DNA of 59,201 nucleotides from an uncultured Candidatus Peribacteria bacterium (GTDB taxonomy: Bacteria > Patescibacteriota > Gracilibacteria > UBA1369 > 2-02-FULL-48-14), in assembly GCA_964601715.1 (NCBI GenBank), contig CAZROM010000003.1, positions 36,533 through 95,733 of the forward strand, read 5' to 3'. Below the pieces are notes generated by a model, which saw only the letters and a program-made list of their open reading frames with translations, ran no database searches and was not told the DNA's origin. Every line of letters begins with the position of its first letter. Position 1 is the first letter of the stretch. The position numbers and the translations under genes are program-made. Positions 8,398 through 18,360 of this stretch are shown one piece after another.

Positions 8398-11300
8398 ATG
8401 TCTGATCGTGAAATTCAAGGTAAAAACTGGCACAAAGAGGTCAAGTCTCCGAAAGATACAGTTCCTTATGAGTTGCGGCTTGATTTCTATCTGAAGCGGG
8501 CTGCGCGTAAAGCGGGACTCCAGCATTTGTCGAAAGATTTTGATGTCACAGTTCAAAGTCAGGTTGGAAGAGGCCTCTTTTTGAGTTTAGATGATTTGAA
8601 AAAGATGACAAAAAAAGAGTACCAGATTCGTTCGGGAGATACTCTGTTTAAGACATTACTTGAATATTTCAAAGAGACAACCAATCCTCTTCAGGCCCAA
8701 AAGGAAGCCTACTTGACCTTGGCCTATGTTATGAAAACGCAGTCTTCTTCCAATGTCGATAAGTTCTTTGTGGGGGGAAAAGTGATCATTGAAAATGGTA
8801 GGCTCACGGTCAAAGATGCGAAGGGACATGCTTCTTACGATCAGGCGTTGATGAGACCGGAGCTTTCAGTAAGGTCTTTGCCTGCCGTGTTGCCGATGAA
8901 AAAGCAGGAGCCGATTCTCTTTGAAACTGCTCAACCTGAAGAACCCACTGGGCGAGTTATGCTACCAGATACGGATATGAAAGTGCGGATGGATAGAAAA
9001 ACCGGTCAATACTTAAGAGAAATGAAAGGTAAGCCCGAGGCGGATCAATTTAGGCGAATAAGTGAGAAAATCGTACAAATCGAAAAGGATTATGAGGCTC
9101 TGATCCCTCAAATGTCAGATCTACCTCAAGAAACCACAAAAGTGAAAGAGCTTTTGCTTGCTACTCGTTCCGTGGTGGAAGAAGGAAGTAAACTTGCCAA
9201 GGAATCGTACCCCGCGAAGCGTATTGAGGCATTCAAGGATGAAGTGGAAGAGGATATTCGAAAAATTGAAGAAACGGTAAGGGACCCTGAGATTCATGAG
9301 CTCGCTCGAGAACTTTTGGGTAAAGATCCAACACCTCCAGTAACAGAAGTTTCACCTGTTTTTTCTGAGAGATTTCGCCATGGTGATCAAGAATTCACCC
9401 TGGGTTTTGCCAGTAAAGTTCAGACGGAGGTTAAACTTGATCCTGAAAAAGGTGATAGATACTTTTACCATTGGATTGTGCGAACCATTGAAGAACAAAA
9501 TGTGTTTGAGGGTAACCAAGGTTTTAATGATGCAGCAGTAGATGGTGAATTCTACGGTTTGTTGGTGGATCAAGTTATCGGGATCTGTAGGGATTTGAAT
9601 CCAAGCGTGGATTTGGATGAGCCTAGTTCCTTTAACGGTAAAAAACTTATTATTCCTCAACGCTTGGAGCTCAAAACTGATTCTAAACTTGTAACACCTG
9701 CACCTGATGAAAAAACCAACCTTCAGGTTGAAAAGGGGTCCATCTCCAAGCTTTTGCGCATGGGCAAAACGAACTCCTACTTCGTCTTAAATGTGCCAAC
9801 TGTGGGCGGACTGACTTCAGTTTTTGACGTGAAAAAGGTTGCCCTTATTGAAGATTTCAATCGTCGTAGTGGTATCAAAATTGAAGCGGGTAAACCTTTT
9901 AGGCTCCCCACGAGTCTTGCTGAAGATTTGGAATACCAAGGTGAAGTCCGCTTTATTGAGCTGTCCATCAAAGATCATTCACAACGAGCGGCAGTGATCG
10001 CTACGCTTACTCGTGAAGCCACTAGATCAGATCCATTGGTTAGTCTTTTTACTGAAAGTTATTTCTATAAAAAATCTGCCCCTGCAAACCATATTGTTGT
10101 TCCGCTTGCACTTTTGAAAGCAGACTGGGAGTCTTACTTGTTGGATGAATACAAGGTGCACCCTGCTGAATTTAGGTCACACAGTGTCTATGTTACTGGT
10201 GAATACGACTTATTTTTGAAGCATGCTCGAGATGTTGAAGGCTTAAAATATGAAGATAGAGATCAGATGATTAAAGATGGGAGGGTTCAGAAAGTTGTTG
10301 AAGGAGGTAGGAAATTCCGCTTTAAATCAGGCTCTGCTACTGAGAAAGAAAAATATTTAAAGCCTTATGCGGATACCGTTTTAGGTGAAATTGCTGAGAA
10401 GTTTTATACTGAAACGGGGTATATGTTGATGATCACTTCTGTGTTCCGTACACCTGCCGAACAGAAAAACTTGGCAGAAACTAATTCTGCAGCTACAACT
10501 GGGGTTTCTACTCATAGTTTTGCCAACTCATTTGATATTTCAAATGGGCGTTTTATCGCACCAGATGGTAAAGAGGTGACGTGGAGTGGAGTAACTGGGG
10601 AAGAACGGAAGAAATTGGACAGATTCCGTCCAACTATTGAGAAGATTTTGATTTCTATGCAGCGTGGAGGTAAAGCAATGGCTTTGAGAGAATTGTATGC
10701 ATGGCACGTCATGATTTCTGACCCAGCAATTGGAGATGGGACAGGTTTGACCTCAAAACAACGGCTACTCGATTCAGATAGAGAAACTCCACCTCTAGAT
10801 CTTGACCTCCTTCAAACTCAAAATCTAGATCTTTCTAGAATCCCCGAGTTTGAACAATTTAGTGCACGTCTGATTCAGACGATAAAAGATCGTAAAGACA
10901 GCGGACGTAAGATGAAGATTTCTGAAGTCCAAACTATGATTCAAGACGAGTTGATTAGTAAATTGAGTGACAGTGGGCAGAAGGACGCAGCCTTTATTTT
11001 ACAGGGAAGAACTTTTGAAATGGCTAATATGATCAATATTTTGGTGTCCACTCAAGAGAGTGGGAACTTGCATGGCAGTTATTGTATTTATGATGAACGT
11101 CCGGAAATTGAATCTGAAGTCGTTGGTTTTGAAGAATTCGCAGATAAATACGCTTTGTTTAAAGAGGCACGTACTTCTAAAACGAATAAACTCAGTCTTT
11201 TAGATTCAGACAATGAAGTGGTCGGTGACTACAATATGTATAAATTTTTGACCAAATCCAATGTTAGAAGTTTCATTGATCCCACTATTCTTATCGCCAA

Positions 11301-12114
11301 AATTGCTCAAGAGACGAATTTTACTTTCGTCAAAAATCTGACAGGTGAGGTTTCTGACTATACAGGGCAAACTGTTTTTGGATATTTCCAGATCACGAGT
11401 AAACAGGATAAAAAAACTGAAAAAAGAGCCAAAGAGATCTTTGATCAGTTAACGGGTATTCCTGGCACACGTTTTGATTTTAAAGAATTTAAAGTCTCTC
11501 ACAAGAAGGGTAAGTACTTTGTGAATCCTCGCGCGGAAATCGCTTTGGCTATTGCTATGTATGAACAAAATGCTGAGAAAATTCGTGTTGCGAATGGCGG
11601 TACTGAACATGTGGACAACGAATTATTGACCACGCTCTCTTATAACCATGGCACACTTTATATTGAAGATATTTTGAAATACGGTGTGACTGTTAGTAAG
11701 TATCAAGTGCCAGGTGGCCAAAAACTTTCGTATGTTGACGCCAAAGGCATCGTGCATGCGAAGGTTGTTACCTCAAAGGAGGAGAGTCGTATCCGAACTT
11801 ACTTGAACAGTGGCAATGTGACTGAACTTAAGAAGTATCTCAAGGATTCCTTCAATATCACTTTTGTATCTGGACGGTCAGTGGGAGTGCGTATTTCTGA
11901 AGTCGAAAAAGTGGGATCTCTGAGTAGGAATGGGAAAGGCCAACTGTACACTTCACAGGTTCTTTCTAAGAGCGTGATGTTAAAATACATCGATAGAAAC
12001 AACTATCGAGATATGGATGAAAGTGCCTTGGCTGATTCTATGATTGTTTTGTCTGCACAGAAGCCTGTCTCACAAAGTCATTTAGACAGTATTACGCCAC
12101 AAGATCGTCGTTGA
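8398..12114 (+). CDS. Giant multidomain peptidoglycan hydrolase: LysM-like segment, LAS/M15-type metallopeptidase and lytic transglycosylase (SLT) domains
   Basis: 1238 aa from the ATG at 8398 (the ORF opens at a TTG at 8356). YQIRSGDTLFKTL (LysM-like). SVFRTPAEQ...STHSFANSFD...AWHV (SxxRxxxxQ, Hx6D, H; nt ~10420-10720). AQETNF...GYFQIT...SYNHG (SLT catalytic Glu and GLMQ/AYNAG-like motifs; nt ~11280-11700). Confidence 0.8.
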   Translation: MSDREIQGKNWHKEVKSPKDTVPYELRLDFYLKRAARKAGLQHLSKDFDVTVQSQVGRGLFLSLDDLKKMTKKEYQIRSGDTLFKTLLEYFKETTNPLQAQKEAYLTLAYVMKTQSSSNVDKFFVGGKVIIENGRLTVKDAKGHASYDQALMRPELSVRSLPAVLPMKKQEPILFETAQPEEPTGRVMLPDTDMKVRMDRKTGQYLREMKGKPEADQFRRISEKIVQIEKDYEALIPQMSDLPQETTKVKELLLATRSVVEEGSKLAKESYPAKRIEAFKDEVEEDIRKIEETVRDPEIHELARELLGKDPTPPVTEVSPVFSERFRHGDQEFTLGFASKVQTEVKLDPEKGDRYFYHWIVRTIEEQNVFEGNQGFNDAAVDGEFYGLLVDQVIGICRDLNPSVDLDEPSSFNGKKLIIPQRLELKTDSKLVTPAPDEKTNLQVEKGSISKLLRMGKTNSYFVLNVPTVGGLTSVFDVKKVALIEDFNRRSGIKIEAGKPFRLPTSLAEDLEYQGEVRFIELSIKDHSQRAAVIATLTREATRSDPLVSLFTESYFYKKSAPANHIVVPLALLKADWESYLLDEYKVHPAEFRSHSVYVTGEYDLFLKHARDVEGLKYEDRDQMIKDGRVQKVVEGGRKFRFKSGSATEKEKYLKPYADTVLGEIAEKFYTETGYMLMITSVFRTPAEQKNLAETNSAATTGVSTHSFANSFDISNGRFIAPDGKEVTWSGVTGEERKKLDRFRPTIEKILISMQRGGKAMALRELYAWHVMISDPAIGDGTGLTSKQRLLDSDRETPPLDLDLLQTQNLDLSRIPEFEQFSARLIQTIKDRKDSGRKMKISEVQTMIQDELISKLSDSGQKDAAFILQGRTFEMANMINILVSTQESGNLHGSYCIYDERPEIESEVVGFEEFADKYALFKEARTSKTNKLSLLDSDNEVVGDYNMYKFLTKSNVRSFIDPTILIAKIAQETNFTFVKNLTGEVSDYTGQTVFGYFQITSKQDKKTEKRAKEIFDQLTGIPGTRFDFKEFKVSHKKGKYFVNPRAEIALAIAMYEQNAEKIRVANGGTEHVDNELLTTLSYNHGTLYIEDILKYGVTVSKYQVPGGQKLSYVDAKGIVHAKVVTSKEESRIRTYLNSGNVTELKKYLKDSFNITFVSGRSVGVRISEVEKVGSLSRNGKGQLYTSQVLSKSVMLKYIDRNNYRDMDESALADSMIVLSAQKPVSQSHLDSITPQDRR

Positions 12115-12118
12115 ATCC

Positions 12119-13564
12119 TTATTTAAAAAAGGCTACGGCTCCTCTTAGACGTTTCAAAGTGAGGGTTTTGCCCATCACGCGGCAGAGTTCAAACACTCCA
12201 GGAGAATACTCTTCGTTGGTCAGAGCCACGCGAAGGGGCCAGAGCACCTGTCCATTTTTGAGACCGAGCTTGGCGATCACTTCGACGAGGCAGGTTTTGA
12301 TCTGTTCTTCGTCGTCGTAGTTGCTCAGAGCTTCAAGTGCTGGGATGGCGTTTTCGAGTGCCAAAAGCACGGTCGCATCGTCCACTTTCATCTTTTCGCT
12401 CAAGAAAAGTTCACGTTTGTATTCGAGTGAGTCGAGCAAGAAAGGCCTGAGCATGGCGGGGCCGTCGTTCAGGGTTTTCATGCGCATTTGCACGGAAGCG
12501 ATCAATTTTTCTCTTTGATCGGGTTCAAGTGCCTCTAAAAGTTCGGGTTTGTACCAGTCTTCGGCTTCTAAACGAGAACGGATCAGTTCCAAGAGATCTT
12601 TGGGAGTTTTGGCACGAAGGTAATGTCCGTTGAGCCAGTCCAATTTTTCGAGATTGAATACGGCACCAGCTTTTTGCACACGATCCAAACTGAATCGCTG
12701 AACAAGTTCTTCGAGGCTGAAAATTTCTTCTTCGGTTCCCGGATTCCATCCTAAAAAGGCGATGAAGTTGAGCATAGCTTCTTTCAGATATCCTTTGGCG
12801 ATGTAATCTTCGGCTGCCACGTCGCCTTGGCGCTTGGAAAGCTTGCTGCGATCGGGGTTGAGGAGCAGAGGAAGGTGCGCAAAAACAGGAGGAGTCCAGC
12901 CAAAAGCTTCGTAAAGCCAGAGGTGTTTTGGGGTGGAAGGAAGCCATTCTTCGCCACGAATCACGTGCGTTACTTCCATCTCGTGATCGTCCACGACGTT
13001 GGCAAGGTGATAGGTTGGGAGTCCGTCGGATTTGATGAGCACTTGGTCGTCGATGTCTTTGCCGTGAAAGTGCATGTCGCCACGAATCGTGTCCACGAAA
13101 TCGATGTCTTTGTAAGGAATGAGTTGGCGAATGACAAAAGGTTGTCCAGCTGCCATCTTTTCGGCGATTTTTTCAGGAGCAAGTTCTAGGCAACGGCGAT
13201 CGTATTTGGGAGCGATTTTGAGTTTGGCTTGTTCTTCACGCATGGCGTCCAGTTCTTCGGCTGTGCAGAAACAACGGTAGGCTTTGCCCGACTCGAGGAG
13301 TTGAGCCGCGTATTTTTGATAAATTTCAGTGCGATGAGATTGAAAGATGGGGCCTTCATCCCAGTTGAGGTCGAAGAATTTGAGGGCATTTTGCAGGCTT
13401 TCCACGGCTCCTTCTACATAACGTTTTTGATCCGTATCTTCGATGCGCAAAATGAATTTACCCTTATTTTGACGGGCAAAAAGATAAGCGTAGAGCGCGG
13501 TTCGGAGTCCGCCCACGTGCAGGTAGCCAGTGGGGGAAGGGGCAAAACGAGTGACGACGGTCAT
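12119..13564 (-). CDS. gltX: Glutamyl-tRNA synthetase
   Basis: MTVVTRFAPSPTGYLHVGGLRTALY (HIGH-type motif) and KLSKR (KMSKS-type). Start placed at the ATG at 13564. The longer ORF (to 13666) overlaps the upstream lipoprotein gene. Confidence 0.93.
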   Translation of the reverse strand: MTVVTRFAPSPTGYLHVGGLRTALYAYLFARQNKGKFILRIEDTDQKRYVEGAVESLQNALKFFDLNWDEGPIFQSHRTEIYQKYAAQLLESGKAYRCFCTAEELDAMREEQAKLKIAPKYDRRCLELAPEKIAEKMAAGQPFVIRQLIPYKDIDFVDTIRGDMHFHGKDIDDQVLIKSDGLPTYHLANVVDDHEMEVTHVIRGEEWLPSTPKHLWLYEAFGWTPPVFAHLPLLLNPDRSKLSKRQGDVAAEDYIAKGYLKEAMLNFIAFLGWNPGTEEEIFSLEELVQRFSLDRVQKAGAVFNLEKLDWLNGHYLRAKTPKDLLELIRSRLEAEDWYKPELLEALEPDQREKLIASVQMRMKTLNDGPAMLRPFLLDSLEYKRELFLSEKMKVDDATVLLALENAIPALEALSNYDDEEQIKTCLVEVIAKLGLKNGQVLWPLRVALTNEEYSPGVFELCRVMGKTLTLKRLRGAVAFFK

Positions 13565-13577
13565 AGGTTTGAGACGA

Positions 13578-14135
13578 TTATTTGTTTTCTGGAGTCGAAG
13601 CCACTCCAAGTAGGAATTCAATGAGCTCTTCTTGTGTGACTTCTGTTCTAGGAGTCCAGATGCCATCTAAATTTTCTGGGACAGGTTCGTTGCTGAGGAT
13701 GCCAAAATCAAATTCTCGTTCATATTCATCCAAGAAAACCAATGCGTAACAAGCATAAGCTCCACCACAGGGAACCAAGTACACCTTGGCTTCTTGGTTT
13801 TGAGCGAGAGGTTCTTGATCATCGTAGGTGGTTCCTTCTGTGACTGTCATCGTGAGTTTGACGTCGTATTTAGAGTCAGGAACATTCAAAGAAGCTCTTA
13901 CGATTCCTTCTGATTCCTGCATTTCTTCGGCCACACTCCATCCTTTTGGAAGATAGAAACTGAGGTCTCCAAGTCTCAACCACATTTCGTCATAAGTTCT
14001 ATCCGTGCTTGTCTCGGAAGATGTTTCGGTGTCGACGTTTTCTTCTGTTTCTACTGGTTCAGTCTCAGTTGGTGAATTTTGGCAACTTGCCAGTATGAGA
14101 ACGCTGAGCAAGGAAAGGCTTAAAAGTTTTTTCAT
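13578..14135 (-). CDS. Hypothetical lipoprotein
   Basis: MKKLLSLSLLSVLILASC lipobox, followed by an acidic Thr/Glu-rich linker. 185 aa. Confidence 0.7.
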   Translation of the reverse strand: MKKLLSLSLLSVLILASCQNSPTETEPVETEENVDTETSSETSTDRTYDEMWLRLGDLSFYLPKGWSVAEEMQESEGIVRASLNVPDSKYDVKLTMTVTEGTTYDDQEPLAQNQEAKVYLVPCGGAYACYALVFLDEYEREFDFGILSNEPVPENLDGIWTPRTEVTQEELIEFLLGVASTPENK

Positions 14136-14180
14136 AATATTGGATGAGGTGAGTTCAAAGTACCTGTTTCAGTGTCTAAG

Positions 14181-15098
14181 TCAAGGATAGGAGAGCTCTA
14201 CGAAAATGCCTTTGTGATCTGAAATCTGAGTGGGGAAGGTGTCGAAATTGAGCACTTGAATAGAGGGGCTAACAAGGGCGTGATCGATGGGCAACCAGAA
14301 GAGGGGATTGTTGGCTTTCCAGGTTGATTTGAAGCCAAAGCCTAGACGCGAGTCGATGAGTCCGGAGTCTTGGATGAGTGTTTTGAAATAAGGGGACCAA
14401 GGAGTGCAATTGAAATCCCCGATGATGACCGTGGGCAAGTCGCTGGAGCTGGCGTAGGTGACGAGGTCGGCGAATTGCGCATTGCGATCTGTAGCCCAGC
14501 TGGGAGTGAGGGGAGCGTCGGGGTGCACGCCGAGCACTCGGTAAGAGCCATCTTCAGGAATGAACTCGAGTCCAACCTGATTGCCGAGAGGAATTTCGGT
14601 GAAGGTGCCTTCGACTTTACTGCCCATGAAGATGCCATGCACGCCGGCTTGAGTGGTGAGTGCGGTGGCAGGGTAGCCTCGTAGCACTTCACTTTGGGCG
14701 CTGCCCCAGATGGCGTTGGCCTCATTTACGACGAACACATCAGGGCTGAGCGCATCCACTTGGGCGAAAAACTCGGTACTGTCTGTGGTTTTGTAGTAGA
14801 CGTTTTGTGCGTAGACACTGAGCTTGGGTTCTTGGTTTGAGCTCGTTGCGTTGTAGACAAAGTAAGGCCAGAGGGGAATGATGTTCGTGACCATCAAACA
14901 AAACCAGCAAGCCGCCCACATCCATTCTTTTTTGATCAGTTGATGGATGCCGAAACCCAGTGCAATGAGCACATAATAAGGGGCGTAGTGAGTGAACAAT
15001 TCAAAAAACCAGTACACGCTGGCCAAGGCCACGAAACATTGAATCAGAAAGGCGAGGGCGAGAAAGAGGCGAGGCCAAGGGAGGGACTTTTTCTTCAT
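14181..15098 (-). CDS. Membrane-anchored endonuclease/exonuclease/phosphatase (EEP) family protein
   Basis: N-terminal TM helices. VFVVNEAN, IIGDFNCTPWSPYF and a C-terminal SDHKGIFVEL typical of the EEP fold. Confidence 0.8.
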   Translation of the reverse strand: MKKKSLPWPRLFLALAFLIQCFVALASVYWFFELFTHYAPYYVLIALGFGIHQLIKKEWMWAACWFCLMVTNIIPLWPYFVYNATSSNQEPKLSVYAQNVYYKTTDSTEFFAQVDALSPDVFVVNEANAIWGSAQSEVLRGYPATALTTQAGVHGIFMGSKVEGTFTEIPLGNQVGLEFIPEDGSYRVLGVHPDAPLTPSWATDRNAQFADLVTYASSSDLPTVIIGDFNCTPWSPYFKTLIQDSGLIDSRLGFGFKSTWKANNPLFWLPIDHALVSPSIQVLNFDTFPTQISDHKGIFVELSYP

Positions 15099-15144
15099 GG
15101 GTGGATTTTAAAACAGTTTGGGCTTAAGATAAAGGCTTAGATTT

Positions 15145-15597
15145 ATGGAGCAGCAATTCGACATAACTGAAGAAATCCCTTTGCCTGAAAGGCAAGTCTG
15201 GGCTTGTAGTGCTGAAAGAAAAGTGGATGGTACGCCCAGTCAATTTAGAACTACGGCATCCATTGGTAGAGACTGTCTTGAATCTAAAAAGTGGCTTGTG
15301 CAGGCTTTATTAGCGTCGTTGACATATGAGATCCCTGCTGAAAAAAGAGTCGATTTGGGTGCGAGTCTTTCAGATAAGGACCATTTGACAGAGTTCAAGT
15401 GTTTTAGTCCAGATCAGCGCTTGGTCTCCAAGATGGATTTTCAGCTGGATCAGTGTTTAGAAGGAGAGAGACCTGTTTTTCTTTTGAGATTCAATGTTGT
15501 GCTTTTCGCAGGATTGCCTTGCTCTGATTCAATTCAAGCTCGATTGGAAAGAGAACTTCACCAATTGACGACTGTTTACGGATTTGTGTTGAGCTGA
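15145..15597 (+). CDS. Hypothetical protein
   Basis: 150-aa ORF, visibly AT-richer than its neighbours. No motif recognised. Confidence 0.5.
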   Translation: MEQQFDITEEIPLPERQVWACSAERKVDGTPSQFRTTASIGRDCLESKKWLVQALLASLTYEIPAEKRVDLGASLSDKDHLTEFKCFSPDQRLVSKMDFQLDQCLEGERPVFLLRFNVVLFAGLPCSDSIQARLERELHQLTTVYGFVLS

Positions 15598-15615
15598 TAT
15601 GCTTGGCGCGAATTT

Positions 15616-17859
15616 ATGGTTAAACGACGAAAACGCCATTCTCGTAAAAAAGATTCTGCCCTCAGCTTTGAGGTGGAGACCCACATCGTCCGTGAAATTT
15701 GGGCGGTGGTGTATTTGGCTTTTGCTGCGCTCACATGGCTTTCACTCAATCAACAATTGGGCTTTTTGGGCGACCTTTGGGTTTCTTTTTTAAGACCTGT
15801 GTTTGGAGTGGGAATGTCCACCGTTCCTTTTGTGCTTTTGTTCATGGGAGCCTCGGTTTTCCTTTCCAAGAAAATTGAATGGGGACTCGCTCGACTCACG
15901 GGAATTTTTCTTTTGGCGGCAGCGATTTTGGGTTTTGTGCACATGGGTGTTGCTGAAACCGATTTGTTGGAGGCGGCGCAACGTGGGGAAGCGGGGGGCT
16001 ACATTGGCTTTGTTTCTAGCTTCATTTTGACCGCAGCTTTTGGACGCGTTGGCGCTCATGTTTTGCTCGCCGCGACTTTTTTGGTTGGGCTTTTGCTTTC
16101 CGTTCAAGTGAGTTTGGGTGACATCGTGCGCACCGTCATTCCATCCAAAAAAATGATGAAGAAAGTCATTGAGGTGGCGACGCCAGAATTTGTGACGATC
16201 GACAGAACCGGTGATGAAGACGACATTAAAATCGTGAAATTGGATGAGCCTAAGCGTCATGAAGAAACTCAGGCGTTGACCTTGCGTGAAGTGAATATGA
16301 AAGAAGTGGAAGATCGTTTGGCGGATGAAGACGATGATGTCGAAGAAGCGAAAGTGGTTCATCCTAAAGCTAAAAAAGCCGAAATTCCTGAGGATGAAGT
16401 GGTGATGGTGGATCAAGCGGTGACGGAAGAGGAAGAGACCGGCGAGTGGGCTTATCCCTCTTTGGATTTGCTCGAAAATAGCAAAGAAAGTGCAACGGTG
16501 AATCAAGCGGATTTGAAACGAAAGGCCGATTTGATCAAAGCCAAGCTCGAACAATTTGGAATCGCGGTGACCATGCAAGAAGTGCATGTGGGCCCCACCG
16601 TCGTGCAATACAGTTTGAAGCCTGCGGATGGAGTGAAGCTCTCGAAAATCGTGTCGCTCAAGAACGACATTGCCTTGGCGCTCGCAGCGCCCGCCGTTCG
16701 TATCGAAGCTCCGATTCCAGGAAAATCTTTGGTCGGAATTGAAATTCCAAGTGCGGTGCGCTCCACGGTGCATTTGCGAGAAATGATGGAAACGCAGGAT
16801 TATCTTGCTGAAAAATCCAAGCTCAAAATTGCTTTGGGTCGTGACGTTTCGGGCAAGTCCATGGTTGCGGATTTGGCAAAAATGCCTCACTTGCTCATCG
16901 CGGGAGCCACGGGTTCTGGTAAGTCCGTGGGACTCAATAGTTTCTTGCTCGCGCTCTTGTACAACAACTCGCCACGCGAGCTGAAGTTCATCATGATTGA
17001 TCCTAAACAAGTGGAACTTTCGACTTACAATGGACTTCCACATTTGCTCACGCCGGTGATCACGGATCCAGAAAAAGCAGCGACAGCCTTGCGTTGGGCG
17101 GTGGCTGAAATGAATCGTCGTTACAAAGTGTGTGCCGACGCGGGGCACCGAAACATTGCCGATTACAACGCCGACAAAAAGACGGCGGAAAAGATGCCAA
17201 AGATTGTGGTGGTGATCGATGAATTGGCGGACCTCATGATGCAAGCGCAAAAAGAAGTGGAAGCGTCGATTTGTCGCATTGCGCAAATGGCACGTGCCGT
17301 GGGAATGCATTTGATCGTGGCGACTCAACGTCCTTCGGTGGATGTTATTACGGGTCTGATCAAAGCCAACATTCCTGCTCGTATTGCCTTCACCGTGGCG
17401 TCCAATGTGGATTCACGCACGATTTTGGATGGCATTGGAGCGGAAGATTTGCTGGGGAATGGAGACATGCTGTATTTGTCTGGAACGATGGGCAAGCCGA
17501 TTCGTATTCAAGGAATTTACGTGTCGTCCAAAGAAATTGAACGTGTGACGAATCGCCTCAAGCTCACCAGCGAAGGTCCTGATTTCTCACACGATATCAC
17601 CTCCAAAGAAGTGGCTCGCACACCCGTTCAAGGCGTGCCCAATGCGCCCGACGAATCCAAGACGGATGAGGAACTCATGCAGGCGGCGCTCGACTGTCTC
17701 AAAAAGAACCGCAAGGCGGCTTCTACTTCGTCTTTGCAGCGCTACCTTCGCATCGGTTACTCACGCGCCGCCCGCATCATCGACATGCTCGAAGAAGCCG
17801 GTTACATCGGTCCTGCACAAGGCAGCAAGCCACGCGAGGTGTATGTGAGGGAAGAGTAA
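15616..17859 (+). CDS. ftsK: DNA translocase FtsK/SpoIIIE
   Basis: N-terminal TM helices, acidic linker, Walker A GATGSGKSVGLN, Walker B VVVIDELADL, and a C-terminal gamma wHTH SSLQRYLRIGYSRAARIIDMLEEAGYIGP. Confidence 0.95.
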   Translation: MVKRRKRHSRKKDSALSFEVETHIVREIWAVVYLAFAALTWLSLNQQLGFLGDLWVSFLRPVFGVGMSTVPFVLLFMGASVFLSKKIEWGLARLTGIFLLAAAILGFVHMGVAETDLLEAAQRGEAGGYIGFVSSFILTAAFGRVGAHVLLAATFLVGLLLSVQVSLGDIVRTVIPSKKMMKKVIEVATPEFVTIDRTGDEDDIKIVKLDEPKRHEETQALTLREVNMKEVEDRLADEDDDVEEAKVVHPKAKKAEIPEDEVVMVDQAVTEEEETGEWAYPSLDLLENSKESATVNQADLKRKADLIKAKLEQFGIAVTMQEVHVGPTVVQYSLKPADGVKLSKIVSLKNDIALALAAPAVRIEAPIPGKSLVGIEIPSAVRSTVHLREMMETQDYLAEKSKLKIALGRDVSGKSMVADLAKMPHLLIAGATGSGKSVGLNSFLLALLYNNSPRELKFIMIDPKQVELSTYNGLPHLLTPVITDPEKAATALRWAVAEMNRRYKVCADAGHRNIADYNADKKTAEKMPKIVVVIDELADLMMQAQKEVEASICRIAQMARAVGMHLIVATQRPSVDVITGLIKANIPARIAFTVASNVDSRTILDGIGAEDLLGNGDMLYLSGTMGKPIRIQGIYVSSKEIERVTNRLKLTSEGPDFSHDITSKEVARTPVQGVPNAPDESKTDEELMQAALDCLKKNRKAASTSSLQRYLRIGYSRAARIIDMLEEAGYIGPAQGSKPREVYVREE

Positions 17860-18357
17860 TTAATCCTTCTTCACAAACTGCCCTGTGGTTTGATGTTTTT
17901 GGACTTCGAGGGCGGAATAGACGCGGCCGTTCATGGCGATGTAAACGCCGTTTGAAACCATGTTCAATGCGCCTAGAGCGACACCCACGTTCACGTCGGC
18001 ATCGGTGTTGGCGAAACGTTCGGGACGGGCAGAACCCGTGAGCACGATGGCTTTGTTTGTGATGGCAGCAAGCACTTCTGCGGTTTGGGTCATGGTGTCG
18101 GTTCCGTGCGTGATGAGGATTTTATCTGCGTCGGTTTCTTGGCAGGTTTTCAGGATGAGAGCGCGGTCTTCGTCGGTCAAATCCATGCTGTCTTTTTTGA
18201 GGATGGAGACGATTTCGTAGTCGAAAGCGGGTTTGATCTTTTCAAGAATTCGAGTGACTGCAGGGTCGCAGATTTCAAAATTGTAGGCTTTGACGAGTTT
18301 GGGGTAGTCCTTGTCGATGGTTCCACCCGTTTGAACAAAGAGAATTTTCATGGGCAT
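17860..18357 (-). CDS. Asparaginase N-terminal-domain protein (half-size)
   Basis: 165 aa. MKILFVQTGGTIDK carries the TGGTI catalytic-Thr motif, followed by ITHGTDTM. There is no C-terminal asparaginase domain. Confidence 0.7.
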   Translation of the reverse strand: MPMKILFVQTGGTIDKDYPKLVKAYNFEICDPAVTRILEKIKPAFDYEIVSILKKDSMDLTDEDRALILKTCQETDADKILITHGTDTMTQTAEVLAAITNKAIVLTGSARPERFANTDADVNVGVALGALNMVSNGVYIAMNGRVYSALEVQKHQTTGQFVKKD

Positions 18358-18360
18358 AGT

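Noticed and set aside
13565-13666. N-terminal extensions of the gltX ORF (to 13666), the secA ORF (to 21634) and the 18361 gene (to 18984)
   Set aside because: Each extension overlaps the upstream gene's coding end. In each case the canonical protein N-terminus begins at an internal ATG (MTVVTRFAPSPTG, MLNKLITAIIGD, MKKFLKN).
15790-17328. 512-aa minus-strand ORF
   Set aside because: It lies entirely antisense to ftsK, whose product has unambiguous Walker A/B and gamma-domain motifs. The antisense translation is Arg/His/Phe-rich low-complexity sequence typical of shadow ORFs.
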